Shown piece after piece: positions 28,936 to 38,681 of a stretch of DNA of 64,000 bases (position 1 is its first letter; every line of letters starts with the position of its first letter). Below the pieces are notes generated by a model, which worked only from the letters and a program-made list of their open reading frames with translations, was not told the origin of the DNA and did not search any database. The position numbers were made by a program, and so were the translations under genes. This DNA comes from Candidatus Heimdallarchaeota archaeon (lineage in GTDB: Archaea; Asgardarchaeota; Heimdallarchaeia; Hodarchaeales; Hodarchaeaceae), in assembly GCA_011364965.1 (NCBI GenBank), contig RDOB01000002.1, positions 260,554 to 324,553 of the forward strand, in the 5' to 3' direction.

Positions 28936-29958
28936 TTGATTACCATGGAAATTAGAAAAATCCAAGTAACGGGAGCAGGTGATACTAGGATTATCAGTCT
29001 CCCCAAAGAATGGGCTGAACGACACAATCTCGACAAAGGTTCAAATATTATAATCAAAGAGCTGACAAATGGCGACTTGATTATCTACCCTCAAGACTCC
29101 TTATCAGAGAAACGTTTTTCGAGAATAATTGAATCGGATCATGTCAGTAGAGATATTTTAGCGGCTTATTTACTTGGTAGCGATGTAATTATTGTCAGCT
29201 CGAAGAAAGGTGAATCTTTCAGTAAAAGAAGTGAGATTAAAGAGCTTAGTCGTCAATTAATTGGATTAGAGGTTTTAGGTGAGACAAAAGATAGCATCGA
29301 ACTTCATTTTTTGATAGGTGAAGAAAAAGAAAATCCTAAGAAGTATGTAAAGCGATGCTTTTCAATTGCGAACCTAATGCAAAAAGATGCATTTATGGCT
29401 TTCCTTAATTCTGATATCATTCTTGCAGATGAAGTGATCGAACGGGATGTCGAAGTTAATAGACTTTATTTCTTAATAGTTCGAATGCTAAAAATAATGG
29501 TTGATGACAAAAGAGAGATTTCCTATTTAAAATCTACTGCTTGTTTGGATTGGCGTATGGTTGCAGCATATGGAGAAGATTTGGGTGATGCTGCTGTTGA
29601 ATTTGCAGAAATGATTAAAAATTCACCAGAAATGAAGGATAAGCTATCTAAAACAACTCTGTCCAAAATCCGCACGTTAAGTGAGTTAACAACAGATGTA
29701 TTAAAAGAGAGTCTGGAGAGCTTTTTTAGTCAGAATGTCAATGTTGCAGAGAAATTGAAAAATCGGATTCGTAATCAACTTCAAAATCTTCATACTGAAA
29801 TTCAGGAAGATATTTCGAAACTAGAAACAGAGGTGGTTTGGAAACTCTCGTCTCTATTGAATTTTTTTAAGTTATTGAGAGAAACAGCCATTGATATCGG
29901 TGATTTAGTCATTGCTAACGATACATCAATTGATTCGGACTCAATAAACAATGAATAA
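28936..29958 (+). CDS. AbrB/SpoVT-domain plus PhoU-domain regulator (archaeal PhoU-like)
   Basis: 340 aa. The N-terminus RIISLPKEWAERHNLDKGSNIII is a swapped-hairpin AbrB/SpoVT fold motif. It is followed by helical PhoU-like repeats (DVEVNRLYFLIVRMLK). ATG at 28945 is an alternative start. Confidence 0.65.
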   Translation: MITMEIRKIQVTGAGDTRIISLPKEWAERHNLDKGSNIIIKELTNGDLIIYPQDSLSEKRFSRIIESDHVSRDILAAYLLGSDVIIVSSKKGESFSKRSEIKELSRQLIGLEVLGETKDSIELHFLIGEEKENPKKYVKRCFSIANLMQKDAFMAFLNSDIILADEVIERDVEVNRLYFLIVRMLKIMVDDKREISYLKSTACLDWRMVAAYGEDLGDAAVEFAEMIKNSPEMKDKLSKTTLSKIRTLSELTTDVLKESLESFFSQNVNVAEKLKNRIRNQLQNLHTEIQEDISKLETEVVWKLSSLLNFFKLLRETAIDIGDLVIANDTSIDSDSINNE

Positions 29959-30038
29959 CGGAAAAAAGATCGAAATTTTAATATAGAAGTACCAATTTCC
30001 AAGCTATCAAACAGAATTTGCCTTGGAGGCAGGTTTTT

Positions 30039-30269
30039 ATGAGTATCAAAGATGAAATTGCTAGTGCATTAGATGAAATACGTCCATATTTGCAAAGAGA
30101 CGGTGGAGATGTAGAATTTGTAGATTATGACGCTGAAAGTGGAGTTCTAAAAGTAAAATTAGTGGGAAGCTGTAGGGGGTGTCCTTATTCACAAATGACT
30201 TTAGCAAATGGGATTAAACAAACACTCCAACGAAATTTCCCCCAATTGAACGATGTTGTGGGAGTTTAG
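30039..30269 (+). CDS. NifU-like (Nfu C-terminal domain) Fe-S cluster carrier
   Basis: 76 aa from ATG 30039, with GGAGG 8 nt upstream. Motifs LQRDGGDVEFV and GSCRGCPYS (CxxC). The ORF-track start at 30018 (TTG) looks like a spurious extension. Confidence 0.8.
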   Translation: MSIKDEIASALDEIRPYLQRDGGDVEFVDYDAESGVLKVKLVGSCRGCPYSQMTLANGIKQTLQRNFPQLNDVVGV

Positions 30270-30298
30270 AATAAAAGGAGGGCATTTCTTTCTTTTTA

Positions 30299-31084
30299 TT
30301 ATGATTCTAAACTTTTTTCCATCTCGTTTAACATATACTCAAAATCTTTGCCAATTGTTAGTAAATGGCCTGAATTTTTTAATCTTAAAACACGAATCTG
30401 GGTTTCAGAAGTAAACTTATTGCATATTGCTTCTTCAATTGCATGTATTGAAACAGTTTCATCCAGTAATCCATATATAACTAAGGTAGGTATAGTGATT
30501 TGCATGTTAGTGGATTTTATCACCTTAAGAAACGTAATTAGATCTTGAATGCTCTTAGTTGGATAATAATAGTAGCTATATAGATTATTATCTTTGTACA
30601 ACTGAAGGGTACCATCCCCTTTATACACATACTTTTTTACATATTTTAGAATAGGAGAAAAGTAGGCCAATTTCGATTTGGGAGCAAAGATAGGCGCTAA
30701 TAAAATCAATTTACAAATATTGGCTTCCTTAACGTTATGAACCAAGTATAAACACAATGTAGCCCCCATAGAAATCCCTATCGGTACAATATTGTCACAT
30801 TTTGATTTAAGAAAATTATAACCGTCTTCTACAGAGGCATACCAATCTTTCCAAGAGTATTTCGTCATTTCTTTGTAATTTATACCGTGTCCAGCTAAAC
30901 GAACTCCAAGTACTGTATATCCCTTGGAATTTAGATACTTTCCAACCGGAAGCATTTCAGTGGGTGATGCAGTAAAACCATGTACTAATAATAATCCAAT
31001 TTTTAATGTTCCTTCGAAATAGAAAGGCTCTGTGAGGTGCTTCACAGCCTCAAGTTCATCTTTCTCGACTACCATGAATATCAT
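30299..31084 (-). CDS. alpha/beta-hydrolase (carboxylesterase or monoacylglycerol-lipase-like)
   Basis: LLVHGFTASP oxyanion region, the GISMGA nucleophile elbow, and a C-terminal SGHLL (His). I start it at M29 (31084). The 28-aa upstream extension in the ORF track has no support. Confidence 0.75.
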   Translation of the reverse strand: MIFMVVEKDELEAVKHLTEPFYFEGTLKIGLLLVHGFTASPTEMLPVGKYLNSKGYTVLGVRLAGHGINYKEMTKYSWKDWYASVEDGYNFLKSKCDNIVPIGISMGATLCLYLVHNVKEANICKLILLAPIFAPKSKLAYFSPILKYVKKYVYKGDGTLQLYKDNNLYSYYYYPTKSIQDLITFLKVIKSTNMQITIPTLVIYGLLDETVSIHAIEEAICNKFTSETQIRVLRLKNSGHLLTIGKDFEYMLNEMEKSLES

Positions 31085-31199
31085 CGCTCTATTAATTATT
31101 TCTGTTAATATAAAATATTTATATTTGCATTTAAACTGAAATGAAAAAACTAAAGAATCATGTAACATTGCGAATTTAAGTAAGTATGCAACACTTCAA

Positions 31200-32594
31200 T
31201 TGAGAGTGAATAATTTGTTTCATCATACTCCAGCAGGTAATAAAAAATTCAAAGTAACTTTATTTGTGCTTTGGCTTTTAATGACTTCTGGAGTGGTTTC
31301 TACCGCCACCAGTTATCAAACAGTGATCAAATCTAATCAAACTCAAATTAGGGTTGTTGAGGAGCAATTACCGATCTTAGGAGGAATTAACTCCATAAGA
31401 GCTGTGATAGGTTCTAGTACTATTGGTGTGGGGTATGGTACACCATCGAATCCACAATCCATCGCGATCTTTACAAGTTTTTCACAGAATATCGCTAAAA
31501 TTGAATTGAAGGACAGACAGGGAATTGTTATAAATCGTACGCAATTAATTACAAGAAATAGCTTTCTCGTGTCATTAGATAGTATAATTGAATTTAATGA
31601 TGTGAATGATGACAACATTTCTAGTTCATTAGAAATTCATCGAGCATATCGGATGATTAATTTGTCACAAATTCAATTCAATATAGAAAGAATAGGTTTT
31701 GGTCCAAACACCACAGAAGGAGAAATTCATTACCAACTCAGATTATTTGCTGAGGAGATTCCGTACATAGATTTGTGGGGAGGATCTTCCTCTGATACGC
31801 TAGATCAATTAGTTTTCACTTTTGACCTGTTCATGAGAAGGGACACAATCATAATGAGTTCTGTGCCAATTATCTCTGTACAGCCAGTAAATCGACAACT
31901 GCGTATATCTATTGATAATGAAAATCTTACTACCCCTGCTAATAGATTTACTCCTCGATTGAAGTTTTCTTGTAATATTTTAGGTTGGGATTATTCATCT
32001 CCTAAATCTAAATTATTACTTATAGTAAATTCGTTTACACGTGAAGACATCCAGTCATTAGGAAATATTTCAGGACTTCCTTTAAATTCCGAGGTTTTGA
32101 AAAATACTAATTTATTATCTACCATTGGATTTATGGCAAAACGCTTAGGAGTTACAACTTCTTATAACATGGATCTCAGTGAGCGTCAGCGAATAAATTT
32201 CACTTCTTATCGGTTTTTAAATAATCAATACTCTCTTCAGAATTCATTAAGAAGTTATTTAAATTTCAGCTGGCTACCAAATGTAAATGTAGATGGAATT
32301 GTACACCCAGTTGTATTTCAACCCTTGCTTTCAGGTGAAAGAAATCTAGATCTTGGTTTCTCTCACCAGGTTTCCACTTTTTATTTGTTAGGTGGATTTA
32401 TTTTCCCACAAGGAACCGAAATAAATTATGATCCGGAAATTCAGCTTGAAGAGCTCAATCCAATTTTTAAATTCCTAGCAATCCCAAATCGAATGTTATT
32501 AGAACAGAGTAGTTTACTAATCCTAATATCTGGATTTCTCTTAGGAATTGTAATAATATTCCGTCAACGAATTAGAATAAAAAAACAAAACTAA
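31200..32594 (+). CDS. predicted surface (glyco)protein, N-terminal signal/anchor plus C-terminal TM anchor; paralogue of 33843-35702
   Basis: 464 aa. N-terminal hydrophobic segment VTLFVLWLLMTSGVV. C-terminal LLILISGFLLGIVIIF followed by RQRIRIKKQN. At least 9 N-x-S/T sequons (NQT, NRT, NIS, NLS, NTT, NLT, NIS, NFT, NFS). Confidence 0.5.
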   Translation: MRVNNLFHHTPAGNKKFKVTLFVLWLLMTSGVVSTATSYQTVIKSNQTQIRVVEEQLPILGGINSIRAVIGSSTIGVGYGTPSNPQSIAIFTSFSQNIAKIELKDRQGIVINRTQLITRNSFLVSLDSIIEFNDVNDDNISSSLEIHRAYRMINLSQIQFNIERIGFGPNTTEGEIHYQLRLFAEEIPYIDLWGGSSSDTLDQLVFTFDLFMRRDTIIMSSVPIISVQPVNRQLRISIDNENLTTPANRFTPRLKFSCNILGWDYSSPKSKLLLIVNSFTREDIQSLGNISGLPLNSEVLKNTNLLSTIGFMAKRLGVTTSYNMDLSERQRINFTSYRFLNNQYSLQNSLRSYLNFSWLPNVNVDGIVHPVVFQPLLSGERNLDLGFSHQVSTFYLLGGFIFPQGTEINYDPEIQLEELNPIFKFLAIPNRMLLEQSSLLILISGFLLGIVIIFRQRIRIKKQN

Positions 32595-32627
32595 TTTCCT
32601 AGAACATTCGATTGAGGATCAAGTATT

Positions 32628-33521
32628 ATGGGCACTAATGGTCACAATGTATCAGAAACCCCTCCAATTCAGGACTTATACGCTGCCCTAGGTCACGCAA
32701 TTCGATATGATATAGTTCAATATTTGGGAACCTTTCACAGGCCAGTTCATTATAAAGAATTGGTTGAATGGTTGAATATAAAACCTGGTTCTTTTTATTT
32801 TCATATGAAGAAACTCGAAGGCCTTGTTGCACAAGATGACCACAAGAGGTTTTATTTAACACCTTCTGGGTTATTCACTCTCGATCTATTGAGATCTGGA
32901 GAAAATCTAAGATCGCAAACACCCAAAAGAATTACAGAAGAAACAGATGAGCCCCTAAATCCTCCAGAAAGATTTAAAATTACGTTATTTGGTGAATTCG
33001 TTCGAAGGAAGGCATTTAATGCTCAATATAAGTCGCTTATGGTAATAATTCTTCTTTTACAAATTTTTATCCTCGAATTGGCTAAACTTGGAGTGATTCC
33101 GTTTTATTTTGATGGGCGTCTTTATATCAATGCCATCGTTGGAGCAATTGAGCTTATCCTTACCTTTATGGTAGTATGGATTTTACTAGAGTTAATTTCG
33201 CGGTTCCTTAGCCCGATAAAAGGATTTTCAATTGAATTACTAGTAGGAATACCTTTAGCGATGTCACCGTTGTTTATTTATCCTGTTTTGGTATTCTTCG
33301 CTACAATCACTAATTTAAGTTTACTTTTGGATTTATTAGCGCATCCAGTTGTATCTGTCGGGTCATTATTTCTATTACAGATTTTAAGTGCAATATTTTT
33401 GATACAATTACTGCAAGTCATTAAATCCTTAAATTTTGAGAGAGCATTAATTCCAGTGTTTATATTACTATATGGTTTCAGTATCCTTACTTTCATTCTA
33501 ACCAATCTTATTTCAGGTTAG
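32628..33521 (+). CDS. membrane-tethered winged-HTH (ArsR-like) protein
   Basis: 297 aa. The N-terminus LYAALGHAIRYDIVQYLGTFHRPVHYKELVEWLNIKPGSFYFHMKKLEGLVAQ fits the ArsR/wHTH pattern. The C-terminal roughly 170 aa form 5-6 hydrophobic helices. Confidence 0.6.
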   Translation: MGTNGHNVSETPPIQDLYAALGHAIRYDIVQYLGTFHRPVHYKELVEWLNIKPGSFYFHMKKLEGLVAQDDHKRFYLTPSGLFTLDLLRSGENLRSQTPKRITEETDEPLNPPERFKITLFGEFVRRKAFNAQYKSLMVIILLLQIFILELAKLGVIPFYFDGRLYINAIVGAIELILTFMVVWILLELISRFLSPIKGFSIELLVGIPLAMSPLFIYPVLVFFATITNLSLLLDLLAHPVVSVGSLFLLQILSAIFLIQLLQVIKSLNFERALIPVFILLYGFSILTFILTNLISG

Positions 33522-33584
33522 ATGATTCTTGCCAATTTATAATTACTAATCATACTTATTCCTTATAATAAACCGTAATTATAA

Positions 33585-33604
33585 ATTTCAACAATGGTTG
33601 AAAT
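33585..33604 (+). other. 8-bp hairpin ATTTCAAC-AATG-GTTGAAAT, 64 nt after the wHTH gene stop
   Basis: Read directly from the sequence. No oligo-T run follows, so a terminator role is uncertain. Confidence 0.2.
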
Positions 33605-33842
33605 CTAAGAATCGCATATTATTTTCAAATTATGAGCTAGATTAAGGGATAAATGCTCTCTGATAGGATAATGTCAAACCATGCATAAATTAAAAGAGAA
33701 AAGCAGCATTTTTTTCCTATAAATGTGTTTTAAGGATTAAGTGATCCAAAAAAAGGCGATTAAAAAATTTTCAACATTGGTAAAAGTAAAAATGCTTAAA
33801 CCATAAAGTGTTTGTATTAACCACACAAGAAGGTGAATACTA

Positions 33843-35702
33843 ATGAAAATTACCAAAATCAAAAAAATAATAATATTTATTCTATTCATTATATCAATCT
33901 TCGGGATGACAATTTTTCCGAGTTCAGGTACTTCATCAGAGGTTCCGATTAGTGTTACACGTCCACTAGGTACAATGCAGGCCCAAATTCATAATGCTTT
34001 TCTGTGGCTAATCAAAAATATGCAAAGTGCGAATTTTACACCCGATAATGTATACTACAGTGTGTTTGATAATGCAGGGAGCTATCAATATCCTATTAAA
34101 GGGGCAAGAGAACAGAATATTTCGGTTAATCTTTTACCATTAAAGGTACAACTTAACATTACCATTGAACGAATGCAAAACGATCTTTCTGCTGATCCTT
34201 CTAATTTAGCGTATTTAGAAAGCTTGGCACTTGAACTCCGTGCTCATAATTATATTAATATTTATAATAAAGTTGATACGGATCTTCAAATAACAAGTAA
34301 CCGAGATAAAAAAGTAGTAGCAATTTTCTATGATAATGATCGTAGCGTATTTGAAGTTTTAGAACAGATTAGAAACGAGGAAGACATTACTAATCAACCC
34401 TTTACTGGGGATGAAATCCTCACTAATGTGTTTATGGAGCTTCAAAAAGATGAAGTTCTTGGAACATATGAAGTTTGGAATGAATGGAGATATCAAGAAG
34501 ATGGTTTAGAGGCATCCTTATTGAAAGATTTTATTGAAAAGCTCTCTACTCATCGCTGGCTTGTTCGAGAGCTTGCGTTCCTATATGAACTCCGAGGAAT
34601 CAACATTATGCGAATGCTACTTGGTCCAGATCATTTTCAATTCACTCCTGGTCCTGAGCCCCGAACTATCGAACGAGGCCGATTTTCAATTTCTCAGTTG
34701 AAAATTGATGAGCTCACTCTACAAAAAATTGGAAATAATTTAATAATCAAAGATTATGAATATACTTACTTTGAACATCATTTCCTTGGAAGTTTAGTGT
34801 ATAATGATACTAATATGAATGGTTACATGGATATCGGGGTCAGAAATGCGACAGTAGGGGAATATAATATTGCTTATCCCTCGATTGGAGATGAAGCACT
34901 TTTCCGTTTTGACATGGAGGATATAGAGACACGTATCTACCAAAAACCAGTCTCTGATGGGGATGTACTGGAATTTGGTTCCGAATTCACTAATGTTGAG
35001 GGATATCTTCGTCCTATGGAAAGAAATGCAGATTATTCCATGTTTGATGTGTCCACTGAAGAATCCTATACTATTGACGAAGTTTCCACTCTGTTCCATT
35101 TCAGCGTGAATAATACTGACGGAAGCGCAGAGTTGAAGTTTGATTATGTATTAGGTGAATGGAGTAATGTAGAGGGTCTTGAAGGTTTATCATTTAATCA
35201 ATTAATGGCTTCTACGGTTGTTGACGGAAAAAGAGAACGAACTATTCAATGGCGAAATAGTACTGATTCTGAGTTGGATGATGAATTTGAAAACGCAACT
35301 CGAATTTCTAAGTTCCGCTTTGCTGACTCAGAAGAAATGTTTGGTGAAATTCGTCTTGATGACATCCCCTATTTATGGGATGATACTGAGGAGGTAAATG
35401 CAGTTGGTCAACTTATTCCTATGAATCTTATTGACATCGCTTTTGGTGTTGTTTCGAGCGAAGCTGACTTGATAAGAAATTTCAGAGCAGATACTCAAAG
35501 AAAAACGTTTATTTATTCAGTTTCCTATCCTAAATGGGATGGTAAAAGAATTGTGCATGATCCTACCTATGCTGTCATGGGTGGCATTGCAGCAGATGCA
35601 GAACAAACTGGAGGCGTTATTGCTGGTTTTGAATTTGCAACTTTTCTCTTAGCTATCCCTATTCTCGCAGTTGGAGAGATCTATCGTAGAAAACGGGTAT
35701 AA
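33843..35702 (+). CDS. predicted surface (glyco)protein with signal peptide and an AGF-TM-RRKR C-terminal anchor; paralogue of 31200-32594
   Basis: 619 aa. N-terminus KKIIIFILFIISIFGMTIF. C-terminus GGVIAGFEFATFLLAIPILAVGEIYRRKRV. At least 8 sequons (NFT, NIS, NIT, NDT, NAT, NNT, NST, NAT). Contains one DTNMNGYMD (D-x-N-x-N-G-x-x-D) Ca-loop-like motif. Confidence 0.55.
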   Translation: MKITKIKKIIIFILFIISIFGMTIFPSSGTSSEVPISVTRPLGTMQAQIHNAFLWLIKNMQSANFTPDNVYYSVFDNAGSYQYPIKGAREQNISVNLLPLKVQLNITIERMQNDLSADPSNLAYLESLALELRAHNYINIYNKVDTDLQITSNRDKKVVAIFYDNDRSVFEVLEQIRNEEDITNQPFTGDEILTNVFMELQKDEVLGTYEVWNEWRYQEDGLEASLLKDFIEKLSTHRWLVRELAFLYELRGINIMRMLLGPDHFQFTPGPEPRTIERGRFSISQLKIDELTLQKIGNNLIIKDYEYTYFEHHFLGSLVYNDTNMNGYMDIGVRNATVGEYNIAYPSIGDEALFRFDMEDIETRIYQKPVSDGDVLEFGSEFTNVEGYLRPMERNADYSMFDVSTEESYTIDEVSTLFHFSVNNTDGSAELKFDYVLGEWSNVEGLEGLSFNQLMASTVVDGKRERTIQWRNSTDSELDDEFENATRISKFRFADSEEMFGEIRLDDIPYLWDDTEEVNAVGQLIPMNLIDIAFGVVSSEADLIRNFRADTQRKTFIYSVSYPKWDGKRIVHDPTYAVMGGIAADAEQTGGVIAGFEFATFLLAIPILAVGEIYRRKRV

Positions 35703-35747
35703 TCTTACAATAAGACGTACTCTTTTTCCCCTTTTCTTTTTTTTATA

Positions 35748-37202
35748 TTATCCTTTGATATTTCCAATCGGAACTAGTTGTGAGACTTTCCGAGATAAAT
35801 CTGCCCCATGAATGGACTCAACAACATCATTGATATTTTTATATGCAAATCCCGCTTCTTCAGCGAGTCCAGCCATCGAAGCTGCCCTGACATATATCCC
35901 TTTGGAAGCCATTTGGTCTTTTAATATGTTTCCTCTGATTTTTTTCTTAGCTTTCGCTCGAGACATAGTACGTCCAGAACCATGAGCTGTAGATCCAAAA
36001 GTTTGATCCATTGCAGTCTGTGTTCCTGCTAATAGGTAACTTCCAGTTTCCATGCTTCCTCCTAAGATAACTGGTTGTCCAACTGCACTATATATATTCG
36101 GTATATCTTTGGAACTTGGTCCGAAGGATCTGGTTGCCCCTTTTCTATGAACTAATACTTTTTGCTTTTTTCCTTCAATCATATAATCTTCTTGTTTCGC
36201 AATGTTATGTGCAACATCATAAACCAAACTCATTTCCATATCTTCTGCCGATTGATTGAAAACTTTTTCAAATCCCATCCTAACCTGATGCAAAATAACT
36301 TGTCGGTTTGAAAATCCCATATTTGCTGCACACGCCATTGCTTTAAGATATTCCTGTCCATCCCTACTCTGGATTGGAGCTGCAGAGAGTTCTCTTTCAT
36401 ATATGGGAATTCCCCAATCAGATTCCATTTTGTCCAGAAATAGCTTTAAATAATCTGAAGCAATTTGATGCCCAAAACCACGACTTCCACAGTGAATCAT
36501 AGCAACAACTTGATCCTCAGAGTGAATTCCCATGATTCTTGCAGTTTCTGAATCAAAGATTTGGCTAACGCGTTGCACCTCTAGATAGTGATTACCTGAA
36601 CCAAGTGTTCCAAGTTGACTTATTCCACGTGACTTCGCTTTTTCACTCACCGCGTCAAAATCTGCTCCTGGGATTTTGCCCTGACTTTCTTGCCTGTTTA
36701 AGTCTTCTTCCCAACCATAACCCTTCTCAATACACCATTCAGATCCATTTTCGGACACATCACGAAATTCCTTTGTTGATAATCTTACAAATCCTTTCTT
36801 TCCAACTCCAGTTGGGATTAAATTATAGAGCGTGTCCATTAATTCCTTGATTTTTGGTTTTACTTGATTAAAGGTTAAATTTGTCGTTACAAGTCTCATT
36901 CCACAATTAATGTCGAAACCAATACCTCCAGGACTCACAACTCCCTTCTCAAGATCAAATGCAGCGACTCCTCCAATGGGAAATCCATACCCCCAATGGG
37001 CATCTGGCATAGTCATTGCATATCCAACTATCCCTGGTAATTTACTAACGTTAATTATTTGCTCAAATACCCCCTGATCTAAGGTATTGTATATTTTTGG
37101 ATTCCCATATATTTTTACCGGGACTTGCATTTTCATTTGGTGTTGAATGGGAATTTCATGAATGTATTGGTTCTTTTTTTCAGCTTTATCCCTAATTGAC
37201 AA
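35748..37202 (-). CDS. rtcB: RtcB RNA 3'-phosphate/2',3'-cyclic-phosphate ligase (tRNA splicing ligase)
   Basis: 484 aa. Motifs PDAHWGYG, GFDINCG, GSGNHYLE, HCGSRGFGHQ and AHGSGR. TTG start with GGTGA 6 nt upstream. No intein. Confidence 0.9.
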   Translation of the reverse strand: MSIRDKAEKKNQYIHEIPIQHQMKMQVPVKIYGNPKIYNTLDQGVFEQIINVSKLPGIVGYAMTMPDAHWGYGFPIGGVAAFDLEKGVVSPGGIGFDINCGMRLVTTNLTFNQVKPKIKELMDTLYNLIPTGVGKKGFVRLSTKEFRDVSENGSEWCIEKGYGWEEDLNRQESQGKIPGADFDAVSEKAKSRGISQLGTLGSGNHYLEVQRVSQIFDSETARIMGIHSEDQVVAMIHCGSRGFGHQIASDYLKLFLDKMESDWGIPIYERELSAAPIQSRDGQEYLKAMACAANMGFSNRQVILHQVRMGFEKVFNQSAEDMEMSLVYDVAHNIAKQEDYMIEGKKQKVLVHRKGATRSFGPSSKDIPNIYSAVGQPVILGGSMETGSYLLAGTQTAMDQTFGSTAHGSGRTMSRAKAKKKIRGNILKDQMASKGIYVRAASMAGLAEEAGFAYKNINDVVESIHGADLSRKVSQLVPIGNIKG

Positions 37203-37221
37203 TTTTACTCACCATAGAACA

Positions 37222-37668
37222 TCATAAATCAAATGTGACTCTTGCTTTCCATCCATTTTCCATTTTTCTTACGAAAAGCTGGTAATATGTAATTGCTTTA
37301 ACATCAGTTATTGTTTTAACTGAATCTGTAACTTCTTGACCTTTCAATACAGCATTCAATACAAATTTAGAGTCTGAACTGCTCTTATTGATTGAGATTT
37401 CACATTCTTTGAACAATAAATATTCTGCATCCTTTAAGAATATCAATTCTTCGAGAAAATTAAATAAAAGTCTTTCTAACGATAATTCAGATAACGATAT
37501 TACTTTTTGAATTGATGAATTTAAGGAGCTCATCTCAACACTTGTTTCCATAAGCGCATAGAATCCGCTAAGAAAGATTTCTTCAAGCGTATCCCCTGTT
37601 AATTCAAAACAAGCGTCTGCAATTGCAATATCTTCTAGCAACAAGTAAGGAAATCTTTTCACCGCCAA
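37222..37668 (-). CDS. archease (RtcB activator)
   Basis: 148 aa. EDIAIADACFELTGDTLEEIF parallels the archease HTADxG...G-TLEE-F N-terminus. VKAITYYQLFV...RVTFDL parallels the KA-TYH-L-V C-terminus. It lies 19 nt upstream of rtcB. Confidence 0.75.
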   Translation of the reverse strand: MAVKRFPYLLLEDIAIADACFELTGDTLEEIFLSGFYALMETSVEMSSLNSSIQKVISLSELSLERLLFNFLEELIFLKDAEYLLFKECEISINKSSSDSKFVLNAVLKGQEVTDSVKTITDVKAITYYQLFVRKMENGWKARVTFDL

Positions 37669-37813
37669 ATCAGTGTTGTCAAGTTCTGAGATCGTATATT
37701 AGCTTTACTAACGTTGGGTTTAAAGAATCTTGATATATTTTTATTTACTAAAATAGGATCTTATCAAAATAAACACAAGAAGAAATTGACAGTGATTTGA
37801 TTAATTTTTTTTT

Positions 37814-38524
37814 TCAAGTTTCATCCTCAATCATTGAATGAGAGATATATGTAATAGGTTCTATGTCGGATTTTTTCACAATTAAGACATTCTTCAAATA
37901 ATTCGAACCGTTAAATATGAAAAATAGTCCGATGAATAGGAGAGTTATATTTAGAATAGCATAAAAAGCTAGAAAATAGTTTAATTTTTCATAGACGAGG
38001 TAATAGAAGGGGAAGGTGAAAAAGGTGAAATCAATGAAGTCATTAAATAGTAACCATATAAATGAAATAGCAAAATTCCGAAATGATCTTTCTAGGAAGA
38101 AAATAGCAATAATGATGCCTTGTACAAATAATATTAAATGAAAATAGTCAAATGGATAGATGTTTGGTAGATTTATCCCAAAAATTGGAGGTGCGTGATA
38201 GTTTTGGGGAAATAATATAAAAATCATGGGAGCTGCAAGGGAGAATTTTAATAATCCCAAGGTTAGAATCCACATGAAATTTTGATGTGTTTTTATTCGG
38301 TTTCTATCAATGAGGAATGCAGCAAAGAGAACTGTATAAAGAGGACAATCGGGGATAAAGAGCCATAAGAAAAATGAGATTCCATTTGTTTGAGGAAAAT
38401 ACGCTATAAACCCTAAAATTCCCCAGAATAAGTTAATAATGATGGCAATGAATAGAACGATGGGATGAGTGAAAAATTTTGGAATTCCTTTTTTGAGAAT
38501 TGCTGAAATTGATTTCGTATGCAT
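37814..38524 (-). CDS. polytopic membrane protein (possibly DUF1405/YpjA-like)
   Basis: 236 aa with about 7 hydrophobic helices. The FIPDCPLY motif recalls DUF1405, but I cannot confirm this. Confidence 0.45.
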   Translation of the reverse strand: MHTKSISAILKKGIPKFFTHPIVLFIAIIINLFWGILGFIAYFPQTNGISFFLWLFIPDCPLYTVLFAAFLIDRNRIKTHQNFMWILTLGLLKFSLAAPMIFILFPQNYHAPPIFGINLPNIYPFDYFHLILFVQGIIIAIFFLERSFRNFAISFIWLLFNDFIDFTFFTFPFYYLVYEKLNYFLAFYAILNITLLFIGLFFIFNGSNYLKNVLIVKKSDIEPITYISHSMIEDET

Positions 38525-38681
38525 TTCAGTTCAGCCATGCCGTAGAAATAAATGTATTGCTTCTGTTTAAATAATTTTCTTGGCATAAATCTGACTTAAC
38601 ACATATTTAATTACAATCTCATGATTCCATAAGTCATTTGAGTCAAATTATGCACTATAAATCAATATGTCCTACAAATCT

